The notes under the pieces: model-generated
Databases searched by the model: none
What the model was told of the DNA's origin: nothing
What the model saw: the letters and a program-made list of their open reading frames with translations, nothing else
Made by a program: the position numbers and the translations under genes
Shown here: positions 1 through 10,800 of the stretch, piece by piece
Numbering within the stretch: position 1 is the first letter of the stretch
How the letters are laid out: each line of letters starts with the position of its first letter
Assembly (NCBI GenBank): GCA_963836075.1
Contig: CAWIIB010000009.1
Location: 64,001-128,000 of the forward strand
Origin: an uncultured Acidobacteriota bacterium
Lineage (GTDB): Bacteria; Acidobacteriota; JAQAZP01
Length of the DNA stretch: 64,000 nucleotides
Reading direction: 5' to 3'

Positions 1-582
1 GAAGAGATCGAGAAGGCCGAAGCGCGCGAGGTGATAGAGGTGCCCCAGACCTCCGAGGAGATACCGATCATCGTCGGCCCCCCGGAAACCGTCGGCGAGG
101 CCAAGCTGCAAAATGCGGTGCGGCTGGCCCTGCTGGAGCACCTGGAGGACGACGCCTTCTCGATCAGGATCACGGTGGACGGCACCAGTGTGATCCTCAC
201 CGGCGCCGTGCTCTATCGCTCCACCCAGGAACTGGCCACCGAGGTGGTCAAGTCGGTGGCCGGGGTCCACCGGGTGCGCAACATGATCAGGATCTCCCCC
301 GACGCGCCGGGCGCGGGTGACAACCCGGCGAAGAAAGCAGGTTCCAACACCGGCGACGAGGTGAGCGACGCCGGCATGGAGACCTGGGTCAAGACCCGCC
401 TCTTCGACGCCGTCGGCCGCCGCGCCTTTTCCATCGAGGTGGAGGTCACCGGCGGCGCGGTGAGCCTGCGCGGCACCGTGGACAGCGAAGGCTACAAGGT
501 CCTCGCGGTGGAGGCGGCAGAGTCGGTGACCGGCATCTGGAAGGTGATCGACCTGATCAAGGTGGTGGAGAAAAAGAAATAA
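1..582 (+). CDS. BON-domain protein (OsmY-like, two BON domains), probably 5' partial
   Basis: Two repeats of the I.I.V.G..V.L.G.V...A...A..V.GV..V.N.I pattern; frame is open back to base 1 (EEIEKAEARE). Confidence 0.8.
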   Translation, partial: EEIEKAEAREVIEVPQTSEEIPIIVGPPETVGEAKLQNAVRLALLEHLEDDAFSIRITVDGTSVILTGAVLYRSTQELATEVVKSVAGVHRVRNMIRISPDAPGAGDNPAKKAGSNTGDEVSDAGMETWVKTRLFDAVGRRAFSIEVEVTGGAVSLRGTVDSEGYKVLAVEAAESVTGIWKVIDLIKVVEKKK

Positions 583-616
583 CAGCAGCGGCGGTTTCCG
601 GGCAGGTCAGCGACCG

Positions 617-1432
617 ATGAGCAGCGTTTCCCCCATCATCCGGCTCCGCCAGGTGGTCAAGACCTATGGCGAGGGCCCCACGGTCCTCGGGGGCATCGAC
701 CTCGACGTGGCGGACGGCGAGTTCGTCTCCTTTATCGGCCCCAGCGGCTGCGGCAAGTCCACCCTGCTCCGGCTGGCCGCCGGCTTGCGGCCCCTCACCT
801 CGGGACAAATCTCGGTGGACGGCAAACCGCCGCAGGCCATGTGCCAGGAAATGGCCTTCATTTTCCAGGAACCGGCGCTGTTGCCCTGGCGGACGGTGAT
901 GGGCAACATCGAGGTCCCGCTGCTGCTCCAGGGCGTTCCCCGGGCGGAGCGGCGCCAGGTTGCCGAGGAGATGATCGACCTGGTGGGTCTGGGGGATGTC
1001 CGCAGCTACTACCCGCGCCAGCTCTCCGGGGGGATGAAGATGCGGGTCTCCCTGGCCCGCGGCCTGACCAAGTCACCAAAGATCATCATCCTCGACGAAC
1101 CGTTCAGCGCCCTCGACGCCATCACCCGGGACCGTCTCAACGAAGACCTGCTGGCCATCCGCAAGGAGAAGGAGTGGACGGCGCTCTACGTCACCCACTC
1201 GGTTCCCGAGGCGGTCTACCTCTCCTCGCGGGTGGTGGTGCTCTGCGGCTGCCCGGGGCACGTGCACCTGGAGATCCCGGTCCCCTTCCCCTACCCCCGG
1301 CCGGCCGCCCTGCGCGAGTCACCGGAGTTCCTCAGCGTGGTGGGCGCCGTGGCCGATGCCCTGCACGAGGCGACGAAGAACACGGCAAACGGCCGGAGAT
1401 CGCCCTGCTGCCCGGAGGCCAGCCATGGGTAA
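617..1432 (+). CDS. NitT/TauT-family ABC transporter ATP-binding protein
   Basis: Walker A GPSGCGKST, FQEPALLPW, LSGGMKMR signature, ILDEPFSALD, VTH switch. Confidence 0.95.
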   Translation: MSSVSPIIRLRQVVKTYGEGPTVLGGIDLDVADGEFVSFIGPSGCGKSTLLRLAAGLRPLTSGQISVDGKPPQAMCQEMAFIFQEPALLPWRTVMGNIEVPLLLQGVPRAERRQVAEEMIDLVGLGDVRSYYPRQLSGGMKMRVSLARGLTKSPKIIILDEPFSALDAITRDRLNEDLLAIRKEKEWTALYVTHSVPEAVYLSSRVVVLCGCPGHVHLEIPVPFPYPRPAALRESPEFLSVVGAVADALHEATKNTANGRRSPCCPEASHG

Positions 1433-2204
1433 GCCGCTGCACTGGTTTCCGCCCCTGCTCATCGGCGCGGCGCTCCTCGTCTGCTGGGTGGGGGTCAAGG
1501 CCTTCTGGGACCTGCCGGCCTACATCCTCCCCGGCCCGGGCGAGGTGCTGGGCGCGGCCGCGGCGGAACGGGAGACCCTGTTTGCCGCCGCGAGGGACAC
1601 CTTTGCCGGAGCGCTGATCGGCTTCCTCGCCGCGGGCAGCGTCGGTTTCCTGATGTCGCTGGTGCTGGCCTCCTCCAACTGGCTGCGCACCGCGCTGCAC
1701 CCCTGGATCGTCTTTCTGCAGATGATTCCGGTGATCATCCTGGTGCCGATCTTCGTCCTCTGGTTCGGCCCGGGGCTGGTCAGCGTGATCCTGATCACCT
1801 TCATGATCAGCTTCTTTCCCGTGGTGGCCAACACCACCCAGGGGCTGATCTCCGTCCGTGAGAACCACCTCGACCTGTTCCGCATGGCCGGCGCCGGCCC
1901 GCTGCAGGAGATGTTTCTGCTGCGGGTGCCCGCGTCGCTGCCCTACTTCTTCACCGGGTTGAAGATCGCCGCCACCCTGGCGGTGATCGGCGCGCTCACC
2001 GGCGAACTGTTCGCCGGCAGCGCCACCGGGTCGGGGGGGTTGGGGTTCCTGGTGATCATCTACAAGGCGCAGCTGAAGATCCCCGAGCTGTTCGCCACCG
2101 CGGCCACCGCCTGCGGGCTGGGATTTCTCTTTGTCGGCGCGGTGTCGCGGCTGAAATGGCTCTTTCTCCACAAGTGGCACCAATCGGTGGAACGTGAAGA
2201 GTGA
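1425..2204 (+). CDS. NitT/TauT-family ABC transporter permease
   Basis: ILPGP motif, several TM segments, EAA-like loop before LRVPASLPYFFTGLK; ATG at 1425 overlaps the upstream gene end. Confidence 0.9.
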   Translation: MGKPLHWFPPLLIGAALLVCWVGVKAFWDLPAYILPGPGEVLGAAAAERETLFAAARDTFAGALIGFLAAGSVGFLMSLVLASSNWLRTALHPWIVFLQMIPVIILVPIFVLWFGPGLVSVILITFMISFFPVVANTTQGLISVRENHLDLFRMAGAGPLQEMFLLRVPASLPYFFTGLKIAATLAVIGALTGELFAGSATGSGGLGFLVIIYKAQLKIPELFATAATACGLGFLFVGAVSRLKWLFLHKWHQSVEREE

Positions 2205-2253
2205 CTGCGGGACGGGGCGCCCCGCGGCCCCGGATCCCGGGAGGGTGGGAACG

Positions 2254-3324
2254 ATGACCAGCACATCCAGAAGAACCTGGCCGGGCCTGCTGCTGGTGGC
2301 AGCGGCCCTGGCCCTGGCCGCCGGGTGCGGCGGGACGGAGAACCCCGACGCACCGGGCGTGGACGGCAGCACCCTCTTCCCCATCGTGGTCCAGCTGGAC
2401 TGGGTGGCCGAGCCGGAGCACGGCGCGTTCTACACCGCCGAGGCCCTGGGCTACTTCACCGCCGAAGGCCTGGACGTGCAGCTGGACCAGGGCGGGGCCA
2501 ACGCCAACGTGCTGGAGAAAGTGGCCACCAACCGGGCGAACTTCGGCCAGTGGGACAGCACAAACTCGATGATCGCCATTCAGGAGGGGCTGCCGATCAT
2601 CAACGTGGCCGCGGTGTTCCAGCACGACCCCTCGGTACTGCTGCTCCACGAGTCGAACCCGGTGGAGGGTTTCGCCGACCTGGACGGCAAACTGATCAAG
2701 GCCCGGCCGGAGTGGGCCTTCCTGCCCTATCTCAAACGGACCTATGGCATCGATTTCCGCATCGTGCCCCAGGATTTCGGCCTGGAGCTGCTGGTGGCCG
2801 ACCCGACCATGATCCAGCAGGGCTACTTCATCGCCGAGCCGTATCATGCCTCCCGGCAGGGGGCGCGGCTGAAGTGGCTCCACGTCTGGGATGCCGGCTA
2901 TGACAACTGCAACACGCTGATCGCCAACAAGACCTTCATCGCCGAACACCCGGAGGAGACCCGGGCCTTCCTCCGCGCCTACTACCGGGGCTACAAGAAA
3001 TACATGGAGGACGACCCGCAGCCGGCCCACCAGCTGATGATGGAGGTCAACAAGCAGGTCACCCCGGCCTTCCTCTCCTGGTCGCGGCTGATGATCCGCG
3101 AACAGAAGCTGGGTCGCGGGGATCCGCAGCGGGGCGGCCCCGGTGACTACCTCGTCCTCTCCCGCCAGCGGATGGCGGACCAGATCGAAATGCTGGAACA
3201 GCTGGAGATCCTCGAACCGGGGAAGCTGTCGGTGGATGACGTGATGACCGACCAGTTCCTGCCGCGGCGGCTGATGGGCCCGCCGGGGGCCAGCTCGGTT
3301 CCCGATGAAGCCGAGGACGAATGA
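2254..3324 (+). CDS. NMT1/THI5-like ABC substrate-binding lipoprotein
   Basis: Lipobox LAAGC; QLDWVAEPEHGAFYTAEALGYF..EGLDV is typical of NMT1/THI5 SBPs. Start could also be 2194. Confidence 0.85.
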   Translation: MTSTSRRTWPGLLLVAAALALAAGCGGTENPDAPGVDGSTLFPIVVQLDWVAEPEHGAFYTAEALGYFTAEGLDVQLDQGGANANVLEKVATNRANFGQWDSTNSMIAIQEGLPIINVAAVFQHDPSVLLLHESNPVEGFADLDGKLIKARPEWAFLPYLKRTYGIDFRIVPQDFGLELLVADPTMIQQGYFIAEPYHASRQGARLKWLHVWDAGYDNCNTLIANKTFIAEHPEETRAFLRAYYRGYKKYMEDDPQPAHQLMMEVNKQVTPAFLSWSRLMIREQKLGRGDPQRGGPGDYLVLSRQRMADQIEMLEQLEILEPGKLSVDDVMTDQFLPRRLMGPPGASSVPDEAEDE

Positions 3325-3346
3325 TCAGCAGGGGTGAGCCCCGACG

Positions 3347-3368
3347 AGGGGGGGCAAAAGCCCCCCCG
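3347..3368. terminator. G/C hairpin between convergent genes
   Basis: ggggggg-caaaag-cccccccc between the stops at 3324 (+) and 3383 (-); no clear U tract. Confidence 0.45.
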
Positions 3369-3382
3369 ATATCCCGCCAATC

Positions 3383-5080
3383 TCACGGTAATACACCAGT
3401 CACCAGGCAAAGGCCTGTAGCCGTGTCCCCGGCGGCCGGGTACGGCGGCTGGTTGTACGGTGACGGCGTCACGTCTTCGACCACCAGAGTGAATTGGTTG
3501 GTGCCGGCCAGCGAGGCCAGCGCCGGCAGATTCTGCATCCAGACCGCGGAGTAGCTGCCGCCCGGGGCAAGGTTCGTCCAGCCGGCTCGCCAGTTGCCGA
3601 AGATCTGACCGCCGGCCAGGTGGACGTCGATGCTCCCCGAGACCCGGCGCAACTGGCCGGTGTACAGGTTGTTCATCGAAACCGACATCTGCGTGGCAAA
3701 GGGCAGCACCCCCGACATGGGGTCGCAGGTGTAGCTGCAGGCCACGGTCTGGACATCGGGCAGCCAATCCGCGCGGTCGTAGTAAGCCGCATAGGTGGGC
3801 GTGCGGGAATCGGTCCAGGCCACGCCGCGCTGACCGCTGGTCCAGTCATAAGCAGAAGTGAATGGAGCCAACTCCCAGTCGACCTGGCCGGTGTCATTCA
3901 CCGCCACCGGCGTGGACCAGATCGTCGGATCGGACCGGTGGGCCGAGGTGTGCATCGTATTGTAATCCTGCCAGTAGACAACGTGGAAAGAACCATAGCT
4001 GGGGTCTACATCCAGATCGGGCCTGGCCTCATGCAGCGAATACAAACAGGCCAGGCAATAAAATCCGCTCCAGTTCACCCCCTGATCATCGGAGTAGCTG
4101 TAAACGATATCGACATCATCGATGCTGTAAAGCCTGTTGTACACCACCACCACCTCCCCGCCGTCGACCTCGTCGCCGCGAATGGCGGCCACGCGCGGGC
4201 CATAGCAGGTCTGGCTCGAGCCGAGGGTGAGATTGTGGCTCGACTCCCAGCTCAAACCCAGGTTCGTACTGCGGGCGACATAGATGTCCTGAACGTCGCT
4301 CCCGCCTGGTTCGTTGCCATCCCAGGTCACGTAGAGGGTGTATTCCCCGTAGCCGATATCGGGGTAGGGCAACGGACCGCCCGGTTCGGTGTTGTACAGG
4401 CTGAGGTACTGCTCCCAGGAGAGCCCGAGGTCCACGGACCTGGCCACCCTGACGTAGTGCCCCTCCTGCCCTCCCAGGTTCGTGTCGATGACCCAGGTGA
4501 CATAGAGCCAGTAGTTGCCGGGATAGTCACAGTCATCGGTGATGATCCCGGGATTGTGGACGCCAAGGCTGCCCCCCTCGACAATGGAAGAGGTGTGCTC
4601 CAAGGTGTCGAGATTGACGGCCGTCACCCATATGTTGTCGACAAACTCATACGCGATATAGAGGTAATCCTGCGTGTTCTCGGGCAGGGCAAGTGCGGGA
4701 TCGTGCAGGTCCCCGGCGGCTCCACCCACGAGATTGACGAAATGGTGCCAACTGTTCCCGCCATCCGTCGATCGGTAAATATAAATGTGCGTGTTATCCA
4801 GATCTATGCTCTCCCAGGCGAGGAACATCCCCCGGGTGTCGGAGCTGACCATATCCAGCCTCGCCTCGATGTCCGGGTCCCGGTCGGCGATCAGGACATC
4901 GTCGCCGAACAGCGCAGCAGGGCCGCTCCCCTTTTCCCCCGGGTCACCGCTGAAACGAACCTCCGGCGCGGCCTTCGGGGAAGATCCGTCCTGAATCGCC
5001 GGTTTTCCCTGGGCCGAACCAGCACACAGCGCCAGAACGAGGACCGCCGCCAGGGTGCATTCGAATATCCTGTTCATCAC
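3383..5080 (-). CDS. Secreted BNR/Asp-box (sialidase-like propeller) protein with a conserved ~120 aa C-terminal domain
   Basis: Signal peptide; Asp-boxes RSTDGGNSW, RSVDLGLSW, RSTNLGLSW, YSDDQGVNW; C-terminus aligns with that of 47136..48422. Confidence 0.8.
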   Translation of the reverse strand: MMNRIFECTLAAVLVLALCAGSAQGKPAIQDGSSPKAAPEVRFSGDPGEKGSGPAALFGDDVLIADRDPDIEARLDMVSSDTRGMFLAWESIDLDNTHIYIYRSTDGGNSWHHFVNLVGGAAGDLHDPALALPENTQDYLYIAYEFVDNIWVTAVNLDTLEHTSSIVEGGSLGVHNPGIITDDCDYPGNYWLYVTWVIDTNLGGQEGHYVRVARSVDLGLSWEQYLSLYNTEPGGPLPYPDIGYGEYTLYVTWDGNEPGGSDVQDIYVARSTNLGLSWESSHNLTLGSSQTCYGPRVAAIRGDEVDGGEVVVVYNRLYSIDDVDIVYSYSDDQGVNWSGFYCLACLYSLHEARPDLDVDPSYGSFHVVYWQDYNTMHTSAHRSDPTIWSTPVAVNDTGQVDWELAPFTSAYDWTSGQRGVAWTDSRTPTYAAYYDRADWLPDVQTVACSYTCDPMSGVLPFATQMSVSMNNLYTGQLRRVSGSIDVHLAGGQIFGNWRAGWTNLAPGGSYSAVWMQNLPALASLAGTNQFTLVVEDVTPSPYNQPPYPAAGDTATGLCLVTGVLP

Positions 5081-5092
5081 TCTCTCCTTTCA
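5008..5092 (-). repeat. 85 bp imperfect direct repeat, copy 1 (RBS plus signal-peptide coding sequence)
   Basis: Ungapped hand alignment to 6824..6908 gives about 16 mismatches in 85 bp. Confidence 0.85.
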
Positions 5093-5127
5093 CTGATGGT
5101 CGTCACTCAATTTTTCCGGGATCCGTC

Positions 5128-6421
5128 TCAGCGCAACCAGAAGCAGAGACAGAGAAAGAGCAGCATCACCCCGGCGACAGCAGCGGTTGCCGACTTCCGT
5201 ACCAAAAATCTGCTGACCAGCCAGCTGGCCAGCAGGGTGAGCAGTGAAACGGCGGCGTATTTGAGCAGCGCCGGGGCCGGCCAGGAGAGGGCTGCCAGCT
5301 GCAACGCCACCTGCGGCGGCAGGTGAACCAGGTAGATGTCATAGGAACTGGCCGAGAGCTCCCGCCAGGGGGTGGTGGGCCGGTCGGCACGGCGCTCGAA
5401 AAAGGTGAGCGCCCAGACCGTCACGGTGAACAGGAGAAAGATCCGCAGGAAACGGGAGAGCAGGACGAGAACCGGTGACGGGTCGGGCACGCCGAACGTC
5501 GACAGAACGGAGGGAAAGTAAACCGCGGTCGCCAGCAACGCCAAAGCCAGCCAGACCACCGGGGGAGCGAGCGCGAGCAGCCGCGGCAGCAGGTTTCGCC
5601 GCTCCGCGTGGATCCCGGCGATGAAGAGGCCGAGGTAAATCGGCGCCTTGGCCGGCTGGAACTGGAGCAGGCCGCCGAAGGTGACCCAGATGTGGCCGTT
5701 GAAGACGGCGCAGGACAGGGCGTAGACCAGCCCCAGGACCAGGCCGAAGCCGCCGACCTGCAGCAACAGAAGCCCCCGTGACGGCGGGTTCCCTGGATCC
5801 GGGTTCCCTCCGCCGCCGCCCCGTCTTCCTTGCAACAGCCGGAAGACGCAATACCCGGAGAAGAAGACGAAGAGCATCATCAGGAACCAGTACCTGGTTG
5901 ACCAGCAGCTCGGTTGACCGGCCGGGCAGCCCGGTGGTGACCGTCATGCCGTCCTTCAGGAATACATACCAGAAGGCCAGAAAGCCCAAGGGATCTGAGC
6001 CGGTCTCCGCGGAGCGCAGCCACTGCCGGATGAAGGGCATGATCGGACTGAAAAAGAGGGTGCAGAGGACGAAGGGCGCCAGCAGCCGCCGCACCTTGGC
6101 GGCCATGAAGCGGGCGGGGCCGTTCCGTCCGTACGAGGGCCGGGCCAGCAGGCCGGAAATGAAGAAGAGCACCGGCATCAGCACAACGTCAAAAAAGAGG
6201 ATGAAGTGCAAGGCCCACGGAATCGTCTTCGAGTCGATCACATACCACCAGGGGCAGATCATGCTGTAGGGGAGAATGGCATGGAAGAGGACGACGAAGA
6301 CGATGACCACGGAACGGATGTTGTCCAGGTAGTGCAGCCGTTCCCCGGGGCTGCCGCCGGCCGGTGGTGAACTCACTGTTTCCATTTCAACATCGTCTTC
6401 GTGGATCATGCCGTACCTCAC
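5128..6421 (-). CDS. Acyltransferase family 3 (OpgC/MdoC-like) membrane protein, frameshifted near 5890
   Basis: RLHYLDNIR..VV.FH, MPVLFFISG, RRLLAPF and SYDIYLVH motifs are split over ORFs 5339..6421 and 5128..5880. Confidence 0.8.
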
Positions 6422-6449
6422 CCCCGGGCGATTGCGGAAAACGGATGGC

Positions 6450-6893
6450 CTACTTGAGGATCAATTCGCGGGCCAGTTTGTCGCCGAGGATCCGCCGGAT
6501 CTCGTTGCGGTGGGCGGCCCCCTTCTCGTAGTCGTCGTCCGCCCCGGCCACCCGCTCGTAAATGTCGAGGAATTTCTGGTCAATGCCGTCAAGGGCGGCC
6601 ATGTTCTTGAACTCGGTCATCATCATCAGGTCCCAGTCGTCGGGCGTGGCCGCTGTGGACGAGAAGATGCGGTAGGAGAGGATGACCCCTTCCTTTTTCG
6701 CCTCCTCCAGGATCGGGACCATCAGCGCCTTCAGTTCCGTGAGATAGAGCTCCCCCATCCCCTCCACGGTCTTGATGAAGGTGATGTTCCAGACCGTGCC
6801 CTCGGTGTAAGGCAGTTCGACCGCCTGAACCGAACCGGCGCAGACCGCAAGAACCAGAACCGCTGCCAGGATGCATCCGAATACCTTGTTCAT
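6450..6893 (-). CDS. Small secreted hypothetical protein (possible NIPSNAP-like alpha/beta fold)
   Basis: Signal peptide, RBS-like aagggagagagcgATG, clean 147 aa ORF. Confidence 0.7.
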   Translation of the reverse strand: MNKVFGCILAAVLVLAVCAGSVQAVELPYTEGTVWNITFIKTVEGMGELYLTELKALMVPILEEAKKEGVILSYRIFSSTAATPDDWDLMMMTEFKNMAALDGIDQKFLDIYERVAGADDDYEKGAAHRNEIRRILGDKLARELILK

Positions 6894-6908
6894 CGCTCTC
6901 TCCCTTCA
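6824..6908 (-). repeat. 85 bp imperfect direct repeat, copy 2
   Basis: Encodes MNKVFGCILAAVLVLAVCAGSVQ versus MNRIFECTLAAVLVLALCAGSAQ in copy 1; upstream RBS also shared. Confidence 0.85.
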
Positions 6909-7222
6909 AGGAAATGTTGATCTCCGTCGCCAGCGGCTGATTGCCGCCGCCCGCCGACACCATTCGCCATCACCCGTTAACGCGACAAAGGAGGAGGAAA
7001 CCCGACAGCGGCCCGAGCCCGGTCGGGCTCCCCGGCGAAATATCGCGTTAACAGTCAGAGAGAAATGTCTGCCGGCAGGCCGCCCGGCCCGGGATCACCC
7101 CGGGCCGGTGGTCACCCGTCTGCCAATCGGCGCTTGTATCCCCAATCAATTACTGGGATAATCAAAATAGTTTTTCGTCAGGGAATTCCCCGTCAGGGGC
7201 TCCACACCGGGATACAGGCCCG

Positions 7223-7819
7223 ATGGACAGCAGCGAAGACCTGACACAGCTCCTGGTCGACGCCGGTGAGGGCAGCCGCGACGCCATGGACCGGCTGCTG
7301 CCGTTGGTCTACGACGAGTTGCACCGCCTGGCCGGCGGCCTGATGCGCCGCGAGCGCCCCGATCACACCCTGCAGGCCACCGCCCTGGTCCACGAGGCCT
7401 ATCTCAAGCTGGTGGACCAGACCCGCGTCCAGTGGCGCAACCGGACCCATTTCTTCGCCGTGGCGGCCCAGGCCATCCGCCGCATCCTCGTCGATCACGC
7501 CCGGACACACCGCAGGATCAAGCGGGGCGGCGGCGGGGTGAAAGTCGCCCTCGACGACAAGGTGGCCGCCTTCGCCACACCGGTGGTCGACGTCATCGCC
7601 CTCGACGAGGCGCTGACCAGACTCGCCGAATCGCACCCCGAGGAAGCACGGATCGTGGAATACCGGTTCTTCGCCGGCCTGACCACCGGGGAGGCCGCCG
7701 AGCTGCTGGACACCACCTCCAGGACGGTGGAGCGCAGGTGGCGCTTCGCCCGGGCCTGGCTCTTCCAGGCGCTCGAAGCCGCGCCTTCCCCGCCGGCAGG
7801 AGACAGCAGGGATGACTGA
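7223..7819 (+). CDS. ECF sigma factor (ECF43 / TIGR02999-like)
   Basis: LLPLVYDELHRLA, HTLQATALVHEAYLKL, HFFAVAAQAIRRILVDHAR and RFFAGLT..W.FARAWL motifs; coupled to a kinase gene. Confidence 0.92.
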   Translation: MDSSEDLTQLLVDAGEGSRDAMDRLLPLVYDELHRLAGGLMRRERPDHTLQATALVHEAYLKLVDQTRVQWRNRTHFFAVAAQAIRRILVDHARTHRRIKRGGGGVKVALDDKVAAFATPVVDVIALDEALTRLAESHPEEARIVEYRFFAGLTTGEAAELLDTTSRTVERRWRFARAWLFQALEAAPSPPAGDSRDD

Positions 7820-10800
7820 GCGGGACGCAGCCGAACTGTTCCAGGCCGCCCTCGACCTCGACGAGGACACCCGATCGGAGTTCCTCGACCGGGAATGTGC
7901 CGGACGGCCGGACCTCCGGTCCCGGGTGGAAGAACTGCTGGCGGCCGACGAGCGGGCAGCGGGCTTTCTCGAAACCCCCTTTCCGCTGGGCGCGCTGCTC
8001 GCCGAGGCGAAAGACCCGGCGGCCGCCCTGGTGGGCCGGACCATCGGCGCTTACCGCCTCCTCGATATCATCGCCACCGGCGGCATGGGCGTCATCTTCG
8101 AGGCGGAACAGGAAAAGCCCCGGCGCCGGGTGGCGCTGAAGGTGCTCAAGGCCGGCCTGGCCTCCCGGCAGCTGCTGCGCCGATTTGCCCACGAAGCTGA
8201 GATCCTCGGCCGCTTGCGCCACCCCGGCATCGCCCAGATCTTCGAGGCCGGGGTTGACCAGCAATCGGGTAACCTTCCGTATTTCGCCATGGAGTTCGTG
8301 CCCGGCGCCATGCCGATCACCGCCTACGCCGAGATCCGCAAGTTCACTGTCCGCCAGCGTTTGGAACTGTTCGCCGAGGTCTGCGACACGATCCACTTCG
8401 GCCATCAGCACGGCGTGATCCACCGCGACCTCAAGCCGGGCAACATCCTGGTGGACGAGGACGGCCGGACCAGGGTGATCGACTTCGGTGTGGCGCGGGT
8501 CACCGATGCCGATATGACCATGGTCAGCCTGCAGACCGATACCGGCCAGCTGGTGGGCACCCTGCGCTACATGAGCCCCGAACAGTGCGAAGGGTGACTC
8601 CACCCGGGTGGACACCCGCTGCGACGTCTATGCCCTGGGGGTGGTGCTCTACGAGCTGCTCACCGGTGAACTGCCCTACGACGTGACCACCCCTTCCCCC
8701 TTCGACGTGCCACGGATAATTCGGGAGGAGGAACCGCGGCGAATCTCAACGATCAAGCCGGCATTGAAGGGCGATGTGGAGGCCATCGTGCTCAAGGCGC
8801 TGGAAAAGGTGTGCGACCGGCGCTACCAGTCGGCGCACAGCCTGGCACAGGACATCCGCCGTTTCCTGGCCGGCGAACCGATTGCCGCACGGCGCCACCG
8901 CAAGTGGTACCTGTTGAAAAAGACCCTGGTCAGACACAAAATCGCCTTTGGCGTGGCCTCGGCGTTCGTGCTGCTCATCGCGGTCAGCGCCGTGGTGCTT
9001 GGCTTCCTCTACCGGCAGGCCGACACCCAGCGGCAACTGGCGGAGTCGCGGGCCGAGGAACTGCGGGTCAGCACCTACTTCAACACCATCACCCTGGCCC
9101 AGAACGCATGGGAGTCGGCAAACACACCGCAGCTCAAGGAATTGCTGGGACGATGCCCGCCCGATCTGCGCGGCTGGGAGTGGCATTTTTTGCGGCGATG
9201 CTCGGATGAAAGCCTGTGCACCATCACCGGCCACCAGGGATCGGTACGCGCCCTGACCCTTTCGCCGGACGGCAGCCGGATCGTTTCCGGGGGTTGGGAT
9301 GATCGATTGGTGAAGGTGTGGGATTCAACCAGTGGCGAGTTGCTGAAAACGCTCAGCGGTCACGGGAATCGTATCGGTTGCGTGGCCTGTTCACCTGATG
9401 GGCGGATCATCGTCACCGGCAGTCACGACAAAACCCTGCGCACCTGGGATGCGACCACCGGGCAGCCGATTCATCTGCTGGCCGGTCACGCACGAATCAT
9501 CCGCTGCGCGGTGTTCACCCCGGACGGCCGGCGGATCATATCCAGCGACGAGGGTGGCGTCATGAGGATCTGGGACACGGACAGCGGAACACTGATCTGT
9601 CAGACAAGCCATTCGGACACCGACGTTCCTGCTCTGGCGATCTCGCCCGACGGCAAGGTCTTCGCCTCCGGGGGCAGTGACGGGCAGATCAGGACATGGC
9701 GAGTTCGGGACGGACGGCTGCTGCAAACCATCCAGGCGCATGATCACCGGTTGATGGCTCTGGTCTACGGCGATGACGGCAAGCGGATCTACTCCGGCTC
9801 CTGGGACAAGCTGGTCAGGATCTGGAATTCGAGCAGCGGCACATTGCAGCAGACCATCGGCCCGCACAACGCCGAAATCAACTCCCTGGCCCTCGGGCCC
9901 AACGAACAACGGCTGGCCGTGGCCGGGGGAACCACAATTCAGATCTTCGAGACGGCCTCGGGAAAACTCGTGCGCACCCTCCTGGGCCACGAGCACAGCG
10001 TCAACTCGGTTCAGTTCTCTCCGCATAGCGGCCGCCTTTTCTCATGCAGCCACGACGGCTCGATCCGGATCTGGGACACCGACAGCATATCGAGTAGCGG
10101 CGTATTGACCACACACGAGGGTCATGTAGAGGCGGTGGCCTGTTCCGCGGATGGCCGGTTGATCGCTTCCGCCGGTCGGTCCGGCCGCATCCGCATAGTC
10201 GACGCCGTCTCGCAGGTGAGCCTGGCCGTCATTCCGGCGCACGACAAGGGTGTAACCTCCCTGTCCTTCAGCCCGGACAGCCAACGGCTGGTCTCGGCCG
10301 GAGTTGATCAAACGGCTCGAATATGGGAACGCGACGGCTGGACCAGGACACTGGCCCTCTCGGGTCACCTGGACGTGGTTTGTGCTGTTGATTGGTCGCC
10401 TGATGGAGAGAAGATCGCCACGGGAGGCCTGGACCGATCGGTCATCATTTGGCACGTCGAGACCGGCCAACGTGTATGCACTATTGACTGCGGAGAATCG
10501 ATCTGGTCCCTGGCCTTTTCTCCGGATAGCAGGCAGTTGGCCACTGGAGGCAAGGCGGACCGGGTTCAGCTCTGGGACACGACCAGCGGCGACTCGCTGG
10601 GCACCCTGGCCGGGCACCAGGGTCCGGCTCGCGCCGTGGCCTGGTCAGCGGACGGGGAACGCCTGGTCTCCTGCGGTGATGATTGGCAGCTTCGGCTGTG
10701 GGATGCGAAGAGCCATCTACTTCTGCGCGTGCTGAAAGGGCATCATCACCGCGTGCTGGCCGCCGCCTTCTCACCCGACGGCAGCCGTATCGTCTCCGCG

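Noticed and set aside
583-616. TPP riboswitch for the THI5-like ABC transporter
   Set aside because: The intergenic gap is only 34 bp and has no riboswitch motif; the substrate stays unassigned.
7000-7110. GC hairpins in the divergent intergenic region as an ncRNA
   Set aside because: Short GC-rich inverted repeats with no recognisable RNA family features.
8590-8600. TGA at the end of the kinase ORF as selenocysteine or a programmed frameshift
   Set aside because: The downstream domain continues in another frame; one extra G in a G run explains it and no Cys is expected there.
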